Shown piece by piece: positions 12,841 to 24,133 of a DNA stretch of 64,000 bases. The DNA comes from Podarcis bocagei. Taxonomy: Eukaryota. Location of the stretch: assembly GCA_964188305.1 (NCBI GenBank), contig OZ076896.1; one strand, written 5' to 3'. Every line of letters starts with the position of its first letter. The stretch's first letter is position 1. The notes under the pieces were generated by a model that searched no databases, was not told the DNA's origin, and saw only the letters and a program-made list of their open reading frames with translations. Made by a program: the position numbers and the translations under genes.

Positions 12841-13260
12841 CGGCCGGGAGGAGCCTGCGGCGACGGGGCGGGCGCAGAAGTTGGCGCGCCTCCTCGGCAG
12901 CGCCTTCGTCCTCCTCCTCCTGCCTCTGCTCTCCTCCGGCGGCGGGGGCGCGCCGCCCTCCCCGGCCGGGGGGCTCGGCGGGGCCCGCGGGGAAGGAGGC
13001 CATGTTCGCGGCGCGCGGGAAAGCGGCCCCCCTCGCCCGCCTCCGGCCCGCTCCCCTCCCCCTGCGCGCTGCCCTAGCCGTGCCGGTCTCCTCCCCCTGC
13101 GCCGCCGTCCCCTTTCCCCATCCTAGGAGCCGCGGTCCGCCTACCGCCCCCGGGCCGCGGCGCGGCTCCCAGCCCGGGCTGGCCTCCGCCTCCTGGGACG
13201 CGCGCCCACCCCCGCGGCCCCCCAAACTTCGGAGCAACTCTCCAGACGCTTCTCCCCCGC
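12839..13260 (-). pseudogene. Captured 5' end (5'UTR, ATG and start of CDS) of an unidentified CpG-island gene
   Basis: Minus strand GCGAACATGGCC (ATG 13003-13001, strong Kozak, YY1-type AAnATGGC) encoding MASFPAGPAEPPGRGGRRAPAAGGEQRQEEEDEGAAEEARQLL. Confidence 0.55.
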
Positions 13261-16200
13261 CTCAGTCTCCCTCCTTTCCACTTCTCTTCCCCCCTTCCTT
13301 CCCTCTTTCTTTCTCTTTCTCTCCCACCCGCCTTTCCTTCTATTAACTTTCCTTTCCCCTCCCTTCGTCCTTCCTACTTTTACTCCTGGGCTCCTCCCCC
13401 CTTTGCGCAGCCACAAATCAATCTCTCTCTCTTTTTTCCCCTCTCTCTCTTCTTTGCTCAGACGCAAAAAAGCGCCGCTTTTTGGAAATCCGGACTGCTG
13501 TCCCCGCTGAAACGATACTTTAAAAAAGGAAGAACCCACTGGCTCTTATTTCTGTTTAAAGCAGTAGATCCCGAACTCTTTTGGCCCACTGCCCCCTTGG
13601 TTCCACATCCCCCAGTGTCCCCTATGCTTACTCTATAGAAAGCATTACAGGGGTTAACGCGGCTCGCTAAGGAAGATATTAATAGAATTCTGCATTTGGG
13701 GGGAGACCCTAACAGTCATCTACCATTACCTTCTATGCTGTTACTATTTTTTTTTTTTTTTTACATAAGTAAAAAGTGACCTTTCCCCATCTGGCATGGT
13801 GGTGTGCCTTGAGATTTTTTTCATGAAACAAGTGTGCCTTTGCCCAAAAAAGGTTGGGAAACACTGCTTTAGGGCACCTTTGTGTATGAATAGGGTGAGC
13901 CTGTGACCTGGATTCAGGAGTTAAAGTGTTTACCATACAAAAGAATGGCTGGGCTGTCCAAGTAAGCAATCACTGGCCATTGTCAGGTGTCCTGGCAGAC
14001 AGGATTTCTGCTGTAGACCGCCTACTTCTGTGATGTATGTATGATGTTTTTGGGGCTGGTCTTGAGCTACAGAGTGGGCAATTTCCAAAGTCTATATAAG
14101 GGCTTGCACACCTTATGTGCAAACCACACTGTGGTTCTGGGTCCCTCCTCCCTCCTGCGTGTGGTGAGTGAGGACCCTGTTGCAACCGTTGAATAAAGAT
14201 CAGGCCTCCTAGTTGCTTTGCTTCTCAATATTCTCTGATTGGTCTATGTTATTTTCTCCTATCGATAGGGAGCCCACTTAAGGACTCTCTACGGGTTTTT
14301 GCATACCCCATAAGGGAAAAGGAGCAGGTTTTGTTTACATCAGCTTAATGTCTCCTTGCTCCATTTTGCAAGCGCCCTTATTTTTGGCTTTCTCCTTGTG
14401 TGATTTGAAGAGCAGCTTGCATGCTCTCTTCATTTGCTTGTGTATATGGACGCAGAGCAGTTAAGCAGGCAGCAACCTTTCATCATGTTGACAAGCCTAG
14501 TTAGAGCAAACAAACCAGAGCATGAGTACAGAAGCAGGAATCAAAGCCGCTCAGCTTATCCCTGGCTCTCTCTCTCTCTCCCTTTCCTTCCCATTCCCCT
14601 CGCCCTGCTGCTCCTTGCAAGGACTCTCGTGTTACATCACTATTTCCCTTTGAATCTCGCCTTTTTTGTGGCCTGTGCTGCAGTGCTCAGCCCAGCCAAT
14701 CAGGCGGCAGCGTTCCCAGTGCTGGCCGGCCAATCCAGAGCCGGCGTTTGCTGGAAATATGAAGCCCTTAGGGGAAGGCAATAACAAAAGCCTTTCACTG
14801 CAGACAAATGTTAAGTGTCTGTGCAGACTTTTCCTGTTTTTAATTTTATTACTCCAAGAATGGAGGGCTTGTTGTTTCTTTCATGTTTCCCTTTCAAGCA
14901 ATTTTAATTATACATTTGTGCTACATCAGAGACTTCGGGAACAAAGTGATTCAGCCTATTGCATCTGAAGCTGAAAAAGCGCTAACCTTCTGGCAATACA
15001 AATATATTCCAGTGCTGTAAATATAGATGACATGCTGGAGAATTTTAAGCAGTTGGAAAGGTCTCTGACACCCCACGCGGTGCCCTAGAGAGCAAATGAT
15101 GAGAAAAACAGACCACTTTTTTCTCATAGTTTTATCGGGTGCTTTAAAAAAAGGGGGGTAGGGATGAAATGTGTTTTCCCAGCTGTGAAATTTGCTAAAA
15201 GCACAAAAAGAAAAAAACCCTCAAAGCACAGAAACACATTTAATTTTAATTGCTGTTAGTCATACCTTAGCAAAGGATTTTATCTTATGTATCTGGAGTT
15301 AGGCTTTTTCTATTTTTTTAAATAGACTGAAGTCAGAATTTGTACACTCTGCCGTCGTTTAACAATAACAAGCTAAAACCATGCAGGGAACCATCCTTTC
15401 CCCCCTCCTTGATACGCTGTTGGAAATACTTAAAGGAAATCCCTTCTTCCCTAGTACTTTAGCTAATAGCATTTCAAAATACTTTCCTGCTGTTAAAAGG
15501 GCCCTGAGGAAATAAGTTGCAGGTTACATGTTTTCTTTACATTGGTGTAGGAGTCTGGGGAAAGGTTGAATGCAAAATTAGAAATCGCACTGGTGACGTA
15601 AAGTGAGCCGACAAGCTGGAAACACAAGGCACAGTTTCATTATTTATTTATTTACTTTATTATTTCACCAGTGAAAAAAAGCCGGAATTGGAGCTAGGAG
15701 ACACAAAGGTGTATTGTGAGGGGGGTTAAAAAAGCTCATTCAGACTTGGCAATTGGTGTTAAATATTTAGAAAGAATTTCTTTGCAGCTAAATGGTATCG
15801 TTGCTTCAGGCTTTTTTGATCACGGGTTTTAATGCTCTGAAAACAGAAATGACTGTTATGTGTACGTCTGTACCATATCTAATGAATTAATGGTGTCATC
15901 GTTCACTATCACAGTTCTTCTAAATCGTCTTTATTTGTGTGATCGGTGCTGGAGAAAAACCCAATCCCTCCCCCTTTTCTGCTTAATGACTGCAGAAGAG
16001 GATTTATTAGCCCTCAGATTTTCAGTTTGTGTCTTTTCCCTATAAAAAGAACATATGAAGCTTTAGAAAGGCACAACGTTTAAAAACACACACCCATATG
16101 TTCTTATTTTGGGGGGTTTAGGCTGTGGTTAAGATGAATGAAGGGCGCCCAATATCGGCTTCTAAATAATACATAGAGCTTGTCTGTATTTAATGCTACA

Positions 16201-16665
16201 TTGTAGTGTGTTATTTCAAATAAATAAAGTCAACGTATTTTTTGAAGACAAAGCAGATTCTTCACCAGCCACCTCCTGCTCCAAGCACTAGCTACTGGCG
16301 CTCCATTTATGCAAGCTGAAAGCCAAACAAAAGCAATTATGTGCAATAATAGCAAAATTAAGAGGTGACTGTGGCCTTTTTACAGCGGGACGTAGCAAAA
16401 ACCATTTCCTCCTCACAGCTGTATCTTGATTATTCTCTTTCTGAGCCTTTTGCACGCACATGCACACACAGAGACACTCCTGTGGGTTTTAATTGGAGGT
16501 CACTGAAATAAATAAAAAAAAGAGGAATCTTGTAAACCGCAGCCTTTCAAATCAAATAAGAAATGCTGCTCCCTGCCCACCCCACCCCTTTCCCCATTTT
16601 TAAGCAAGGTTCAAAAAGATGTTGTTCTGACTGTGATCATTTTTGTTTCCCTCTCTCGTCCGCAG

Positions 16666-16753
16666 GTGTCCTAGTAGTAAATGTTACATGGAGGAATAAA
16701 ACATACGTTGGAACGCTGCTTGATTGCACAAAACACGACTGGGCTCCTCCTAG
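16666..16753 (+). CDS. ZNF608: Zinc finger protein 608, internal coding exon (88 bp)
   Basis: cgcag|GT GTC...CCT AG|gtaag; encodes [30 protein letters not shown], the conserved brakeless/ZNF608/ZNF609 domain. Confidence 0.97.
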
Positions 16754-17077
16754 GTAAGGAGACACGCTGAGTCTGGTTTTTGTCTGCTTTCCCCTCCAAT
16801 ATCTGGCATGAAAACTGGGCAGAGATTAATTAAAAAACAATTCCGTGTAACTGAAACCATACACAAGAAACACAATTTCTCTGTTAGGCAGCAGAATGTA
16901 GGTATTGAGGGGAAACTTATTCTGGCATCGAATCAAGGATAATACTAAAGGACTTCCTCTTGCACCTTAAGCACTGTAGGACAGGACCTGGTGTAGGTAC
17001 CCTACCTTCTGGGATGTCTTGGGTGGCAACCAGCAAGAGGGCCTTCTCCAAGGCCTTGCTTGCTGTTCAGAGAGTTA

Positions 17078-17319
17078 CAGTGGTACCTCTGGTTACGTAC
17101 TTAATTCGTTCCAGAGGTGTGTTCTTAACCTGAAACTGTTCCTATCCTGAAGCACCACTTTAGCTAATGGGTTCTCCTGCTGCCGCCGCGCCGCTGGAGC
17201 ACGATTTCTGTTCTCATCCTGAAGCAAAATTCTTAACCCGAGGTACTATTTCTGGGTTAGCAGAGTCTGTAACCTGAAGTGTATGTAACCTGAAGCGTAT
17301 GTAACCCGAGGTACCACTG
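17078..17319 (-). mobile_element. Tc1/mariner MITE type A
   Basis: TA-flanked CAGTGGTACCTC TIRs; inverted copy of 1733-1947. Confidence 0.85.
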
Positions 17320-17546
17320 TATATGGTTAGGAGGGATTGCAAGGGTATTCTAGGACAACCCCCTGCAATGCACACGCCCCTTAGGACCCCTAACTTTTAT
17401 TAGGGCTGACTTTTTATGCTCCATTACATTGTTCTGACTGGTTATTTGTTTCTTGATTTCATTATGCTTTTTGCATTTTAGTCTTGTTTTATTGTTAATG
17501 GGGCTTTCTCTTTTTCTGGCCAAGAAGCAGAGTATAAATGTACATA

Positions 17547-17715
17547 CTGTATTTTTTGCACCATAACACTCACTTTTTTCCTCCTAAAAAGTAAGGGGAA
17601 ATGTCTGTGCGTGTTATGGAGGGTATGCCTACAGGTGGCATGCCTACGGATTTTCCTCCTCTAAAAACTATGTGCGTGTTATGGTCGGGTGCGTGTTATA
17701 GAGCGAAAAATACGG
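17547..17715. mobile_element. Tc1/mariner (Tc2-like) MITE
   Basis: TA|CTGTATTTTTTGC...GCGAAAAATACGG|TA; internal TGCGTGTTAT repeats. Confidence 0.75.
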
Positions 17716-17942
17716 TAATTAAAATCACCCCCCAGACGTGCACAGCTTGTTCCTTTACCTTTCTTTTAAAGACAGTCTCGCTAAGATTTCTTTTCTTTCT
17801 AAGGACTACTAAGGGTGGGGTTTTTTGGCCTGCATGCTGATTTGATATGCGCTTAGTAGTCCATTGTTTACGATGATCTGAGTCTGTTTTGCCCTTCCCT
17901 CTTATGCCCACTCAATTCTGACATCTCGTTTTATTTACGCAG

Positions 17943-20370
17943 GTTTTGTGAATCGCCAACAAGCGACCTGGAAATGCGAGGAGGACGGGGACGGGGGAAG
18001 CGAGCGCGGTCCGCCGCCGCGGCGACTGCGCCGGGGGCGGATGTTAGCTTCACAGAGTCCAGGGGACTGCAGGGCAAGAACAGAGGTGGTGCCAATGGAA
18101 AAGGAAGGAGGGGCAGCCTTAATTCGAGTGGCCGCAGGACACCCCCAAATTGTGCCATAGAGGATGTTAAAGTCAGCCCCTTGTCCACCAATAAAAGGAA
18201 AAATAAGCCACCCATGGAGCTGGATTTGAACTCCAGCTCAGAGGACAATAAATCTGGGAAGCGTGTCCGTACCAATTCTAGAAGCACTCCCACCACTCCC
18301 CAGGGCAAGCCAGAGACTGCTTTTTTGGACCAAGGCTGCTCTTCTCCGGTTTTGATTGATTGCCCCCATCCCAACTGCAACAAAAAATACAAGCACATAA
18401 ATGGGTTGAGGTACCACCAGGCTCATGCACACTTGGACCCGGAAAACAAACTGGAATTTGAGCCTGACAGCGAAGACAAAATCTCCGACTGCGAGGAGGC
18501 GCTCAGCAACGTGGCACTGGAATGCAACGAGCCAAGCACAAGTTTCTCTCATTTTGATCAGCTGAAAGCACCCGCGTCTCCCTGCCCCCTCAGCACCCCC
18601 GGGACGCCCAAGGGGAAAAGGGAGCAGGCGAGCAACGGCAAGAACTCTGGCAAAAAGAGGGGCTTGAACAGCGAACTCAACAGCCTGCCAGTCATTTCCA
18701 ACATGACCGTGACGTTGGAGAACTGCTCGGTGGCAGACGGCAGTTTGGTGGCCGAGATGCCCAAACTGGAGGCTGAAGGGCTAATAGACAAGAAGAATGG
18801 GGGAGAGAAAGAAAAAGGCAAGAAAGGCAGCAACTGCAAAGTCGAGAAGAACCTGTCGAAGCTGAAAACTGCCCGGCCCATTGCCCCAGCTCCAGCTCCA
18901 ACCCCGCCTCAGTTAATAGCTATACCAACGGCAGCCTTTACAACCACCACTACCGGCACGATGCCAGGATTGCCCTCGCTGACGACGACTGTTGTGCAGG
19001 CGACACCAAAGAGCCCTCCGCTGAAACCTATTCAACCAAAGCCCACCATCATGGGGGAGCCGAGCACCGTCAACCCGGCCCTCACGTTACTCAAGGACAA
19101 GAAGAAGAAAGAGAAGAGGAAGCTGAAGGACAAAGAGAGCAAAGAGAGCCTGAGCCCCAAAATGGAGCTGAAGCTGGGGAAGTTGGAGGACGCCAAGGGG
19201 CCCGGGAAAGAGATCGCAGGGCATTTTTTAAAGGAGCATCTCAGCAAGAATGAGGTGCTGGCGAACGGGCTGTCGGAGTCCCAAGAGAGCAGGATGGCAA
19301 GCATTAAAGCCGAAGCGGATAAGGTTTACACCTTCACAGACAACGCCCCCAGCCCTTCGATAGGCAGTGCCTCCAGGATGGAATGCAGCACTTTGGTGAA
19401 CGGACAGTCTTCCATCGCGCCGCTGCATGTGCTGACGCAGAATGGGGCAGAGGGCGCCGCTGCTAAAACCAACAGCCCGGCTTACTCCGATATCTCGGAC
19501 GCGGCCGATGATGGCGGTTCTGACAGCCGGTCGGAGGGGATGAGGTCCAAGGCCAGCTCCCCTTCGGATATTATTTCTAACAAGGACAGCGTTGTCAAAG
19601 GGCATTCCTCCGCCCCGGTGCAGCCGCCCCAAGTGAAAGAGCCCCATTCTCCCTATTACCACGGTTATGATCCGTACTATTCTCCAAGTTACATGCACTC
19701 CGGGCAGGTCGGGGCCCCTGCGGCTGGGAACGGCAATAACGCACCGGGAATGAAGATCAAAAAGGAGGCGGAGGAAGAGGCTGAGAAGAAAGAGAAGGCC
19801 GAGCCGGCTGAGTGCAAGAAAAGCGAAGCCAGTCCCACTAATTTACAACCTCAGCACCAGTCGGTCATAACTCAGAGGCATCCTGCACTTGCCCAGTCAC
19901 TTTACTACGGCCAGTATGCCTATGGGCTGTACATGGACCAAAAGTCCTTGATGGCTTCGAACCCAGCTTACAGGCAGCAGTACGAGAAATATTACGAGGA
20001 CCAGAGACTGGCGGAGCAGAAAATGGCGCAAACTGCTGGGAGAGAGTGTGAAAGGAAAAACGAACTCCCCCTAAAAGACCTGGGGAAAGATGATAAGCTG
20101 AAAAACATCCCCTCCGCTACTATCTCCAAAGCGCCGCCGACTCCCGAGGCCAGTAAAAATAACTCTAAAATAGGGTCATTGGTCCCTAATAAAACGGAGG
20201 AGACAAGCAAATCGCAGCTTCTTCCCAATCATCAGCAACAGATTCAGTCAGATAGCTTCAAAGCAAAGCAAATGGAAAATCACCAGCTTATAAAGGAGGC
20301 GGTGGAAATGAAATCTGTTATGGATTCTATGAAACAGACTGGAGTAGATCCCACTACAAGGTTTAAACAG
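17943..20370 (+). CDS. ZNF608: ZNF608 large exon (2428 bp) containing the single C2H2 zinc finger
   Basis: tacgcag|G TTT TGT ([20 protein letters not shown]...) to TTRFKQ|gtgagc; finger [24 protein letters not shown] at 18361-18432; matches ZNF608 rather than ZNF609 as recalled. Confidence 0.98.
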
Positions 20371-21024
20371 GTGAGCCTTTTTGAAATGCCTAGACCGTTA
20401 ATAATTGGTGGTGAAAAGGGTTTTGGCATCAGTTTAGGCCGCAGCCCTGTGCATGCTTACCTGGAGGGGGCCAGTTGCCATCGTGGGTCTTCCTTCTTGC
20501 TTTGCATGTATTTTAGGGGGGGCGGGGCGAAGGGACCTCTGTCCCTAGGAGTTGGCTCCTATTGGAGTTGTAGTCCAGAACGTCTGGAAGACACCAGGTT
20601 AGCAAAGGTAATGACGAAATACTGTTGGAAGATAAATGAGCATCCAAATGTATCGTTGCTCCTTAATTGCATTACAGTATAAGGATGTTTTCGCAGCCTT
20701 TTCTCTCTCTAAAAAAAGAGAGTTCAGGAGGGTTACCATGAAGCAAGAGCGGTGGCTGTTATGCGAAAAGCAAAAGCTTTAAAGCCTTCTTGGGTGTGCA
20801 GAACCAGTCATACAGATCTTTGACTCCCAGCCAGTCTTTCTAAGCCCGGCAAATAAAACCTTGTATTTACTTCAGGGTCGACTCTTTCTATTTTAAACTT
20901 TCTATTCCCAACTGGCAGAAACTGAGACTTACTGTGGAAGCGCATTTGTGTAAATGTTGTCTTCCTTCTTTAAAAATAAAAATAAAAGAATATGTTCACT
21001 TATCCTTAAGGGCATCCTTGTCTT

Positions 21025-21393
21025 GGGGACGCGGGTGGCGCTGTGGTCTAAACCACAGAGCCTCTCAGGCTTGCCAATCAGAAGGTCGGCAGTTCGAATC
21101 CCCGCGACAGGGTGAGCTCCCGTTGCTCGGTCCCAGCTCCTGCCCAGCTAGCAGTTCGAAAGCACGTCAAAGTGCAAGTAGATAAATAGGTACCACTCTG
21201 GCGGGAAGGTAAACGGTGTTTCCGTGCGCTGCTCTGCTTTGCCAGAAGCGGCTTAGTCATGCTGGCCACATGACCCGGAAGCTGTCTGTGGACAAACGCC
21301 GACTCCCTCGGCCTGTAGAGCGAGATGAGAGTGCAACCCCAGAGTCGTCCGCAACTGGACCAAACGGTCAGGGGTACCTTTACCTTTACCTTT
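21025..21393 (+). mobile_element. Sauria SINE, full length
   Basis: TSD ATCCTTGTCTT (21014-21024, 21394-21404); (ACCTTT)n tail. Confidence 0.92.
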
Positions 21394-21541
21394 ATCCTTG
21401 TCTTATGTAGGGAGCAGTGGCTTGCAGCTCAGTCTCTAACATGGGGTATCTTTGCAAGTATTGCTTGGATCAAATTATATTATATTAATGAATGTCTTAA
21501 AAATACCAAACTATACAGTTGTATCTGCCAAGTACCATATA

Positions 21542-21752
21542 CAGTGGTACCTTGGTACTCAAACGGCTTGGATCCCAGACAAATCAGCTCCCGAACACCG
21601 CAAACCTGGAAGTGAGTGTTCCAGTTCGTGAACATTTTTCAGAAGCCGAATGTCCGACGTGGCTACCACTTGAGTGCAGGAAGCTCCTGCAGCCAATCGG
21701 AAGCCGCGCCTTGGTTTTCGGGAATCGAACAGATTAATTTTGAGAACCACTG
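21542..21752. mobile_element. Tc1/mariner MITE
   Basis: TA|CAGTGGTACCTTGG...GAACCACTG|TA; related to 55772-56013. Confidence 0.72.
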
Positions 21753-22136
21753 TAATGCATTTCAAGTGTTACAGCAGTGTTTGATTTATTGTTGAATATA
21801 TTTCAGTTTTTTTCTATATTTCCCCCTGTTAGCTTCAAAAATTCTCAAAATGTTTTATCGCTACAGTAGGTAGGACTTTGGATTCTCAAAAAGTGCTGCC
21901 CTGCACTGCACAACAAACTGCTTTTGTGACTTACGGGGATCTCAAAAGCAGTAAGTGACATGGTTGAGGGTCTGCTGTTCAGGGAAATAAAGGCCTAAAG
22001 CAGCTCTCTGGGTTGTGGCCAGTTTCCCATTTTCTCTGTTGCTGTTGCCCCCCATTTTGTAGATTAATGTGGCTGTGAAGATTCCTCTTTAACAATATAA
22101 ATGGTGAACATTTTTTTTCTTCCCTGCCCGTATCAG

Positions 22137-22554
22137 GACCCAGACACGAGAACATGGCACCATTATGTATATCAGCCAAAATATCTTGATCAGCAGAAAG
22201 CGGAGGAGCTGGAACGTGAAAAAAAGTTAAAGGAAGATAGCCCCAGAAAAACACCTAACAAGGAAGCCCCCTTCTCCAGCATTCCTGTCTCATTAAACAG
22301 CATTAAAGAGGAGCCTAAGGAGATCAAGCGTTCCGATTCCCAATCACTGGAGGAGAACAAGATCAAAAATGATGATCGAAAGACTCCTGTGAATTGGAAG
22401 GAATCCCGGGGCGCCAGAGTGGCGGTTTCCTCTCCAATGACTCAGCACCAGTCGTACATACAGTACTTGCACGCTTACCCTTACCCCCAGATGTATGATC
22501 CAAATCACCCTGCGTACCGCGCTGTGTCTCCTGTTCTCATGCACAGCTACCCAG
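22137..22554 (+). CDS. ZNF608: ZNF608 coding exon
   Basis: tatcag|GAC CCA ([16 protein letters not shown]...VLMHSYP) G|gtgtgt. Confidence 0.96.
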
Positions 22555-23061
22555 GTGTGTACTGAATGCTTCTAGACAGACATTAACTGGGCCGTAGCTT
22601 TATCTATTTTGACAGTGCCTGTTAGCAGCGAAGGAGAATTAGAAGCTTCACAGATGACATTTGTTTTGCAAAGTTCTAGGAGCGAAATAGATTTAACACA
22701 AGCTGTTACTTTTTTATGAACTGTCAACATTCCCAGATAACAGTTTCCACATCCCGTGTCATTCGGCTGCGGCCATTACACTGACAGATAGTTTATTGCC
22801 TATAAAAATATCCTAAGCACTTACTGTCAGAATCATTATAGTTCCTATTCCTTTCACTTAAGAGGGACCCATAAATGTTTGAAATGGCTCTAAGCTCAGC
22901 CCTCTTTATAACCTCCTGTTCATTAGGTTGAATTAGCTGGGGCGGGGCGGGAGATCAAAGCGCATGGGTGCAACTTTGGTAATTTGAATTGGATGCATTT
23001 GGAGTGGCCCGCCCCCAAATGTAAACAGTAATGTGATACGACATTTATTATTTATCTGCAG

Positions 23062-23234
23062 GGGCCTATCTGTCGCCGGGATTTCATTATCCTGTTTATG
23101 GAAAGATGTCCGGAAGAGAAGAGGTGGAAAAAGTCAATACCAGCCCTACTATCGGTGTAAAATCTACCACTGAATCGAAAGCACTGGATTTGCTTCAGCA
23201 ACACGCCAACCAGTATCGCAGCAAGTCTCCTGCT
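23062..23234 (+). CDS. ZNF608: ZNF608 coding exon
   Basis: ctgcag|GG GCC TAT ([21 protein letters not shown]...[11 protein letters not shown])|gtaaga. Confidence 0.96.
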
Positions 23235-23882
23235 GTAAGACATCTCTTGTTATGATTTGTACACCTTGGGGATGGTCAGGATTTGGGGATAAGAGAGGAC
23301 ACACCAGTGGTATACTTCTGAAACAGGACTGGGATTTCAGCAGGGTTCTATATGTACTAATTCCAATTTGTTAAGCCCACCGGGTCTTCCTATATGATCC
23401 CCAAAAGCCTGCCCCTTCAGAACCCCTGCTAGAAACATCACTGAAGCCCATGGTTCCCAGTATGCATGCACAGTATCATAAAATAAAGTGCATGAGACAA
23501 TGTCCATGGATGTTGGATGCCTCCTTGACTGGTCAATTATACCGTAGCCATGCAAACGGGAAACCATTTTTTATTTTATTTTATTTAGTTATAAAATATG
23601 CTTCTAAGCCACTTCCTGCTATAAATAAAAAAATCACGAATATGGATCATCTGGTTTTCTGCAAAGCGTCTTTATAGCCCAAAATGCACTGATTTGGGTA
23701 GAAATTCAGATGTACTAATAGTTGGCTCCAGGGCCCAGTTTGCACATTGTTAAAAGCAAACTATAACAAGCCTGGAGAGCACAGTTGGTTGGAATGTGGT
23801 GCCGATAACGCCAAGGTTGCAGGTTCGACCTCCATATGGGACAGCTGCATATTTCTGCATTGCTGGGGATAGGACTAGAATT

Positions 23883-24133
23883 CGGGGGTCAGCAAACTTT
23901 TTCAGCAGGGGGCCAGTCCACTGTCCCTCAGACCTTGTGGGGGGCTGGACTATATTTTGGAGGGGGGAAATGAACAGATTCCTATGCCCCACAAATAACC
24001 CAGAGATGCATTTAAAATAAAAGGACACATTCTACTCATGTAAAAACATGCTGATTCCCGAACCATCCACGGGCCGGATTTAGAAGGCGATTGGGCCGGA
24101 TCCGGCCCCCGGGCCTTAGTTTGCCTACCCATG
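23883..24133. mobile_element. hAT MITE inserted into an older tRNA-derived SINE (~23772-24175)
   Basis: Ends CGGGGGTCAGCAAAC / GTTTGCCTACCCATG; GACTAGA repeated on the flanks; second copy at 29469-29704. Confidence 0.75.

Larger units (their letters stand above)
10943..13866. mobile_element. Non-autonomous hAT transposon carrying captured host DNA (Pack-hAT-like)
   Basis: Perfect 15-bp TIRs CAGTGTTTCCCAACC / GGTTGGGAAACACTG; perfect 8-bp TSD CTTTAGGG (10935-10942, 13867-13874); subterminal GTGTGCC repeats at both ends; no transposase ORF. Confidence 0.92.
10801..14339 (+). mobile_element. Probable solo LTR (~607 bp net), split by the hAT insertion at 10943-13866
   Basis: Inverted termini TGTAAAC...GTTTACA; TATA CTATATAAG at ~14092 and AATAAA at ~14192 in LTR-like order; flanks TAAGTT/TCAGCT match only 4/6. 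Confidence 0.6.

Noticed and set aside
11010-13260. CpG island as a native ZNF608 promoter
   Set aside because: Lies wholly within TIR/TSD-bounded transposon, so it is inserted rather than ancestral.
18238-20228. Antisense ORFs over the big exon
   Set aside because: Shadow frames of the coding strand.
17974-20682. 902-aa single-exon gene
   Set aside because: Internal ZNF608 exon; homology ends at the donor at 20370 and the remaining ~100 codons are intron read-through.
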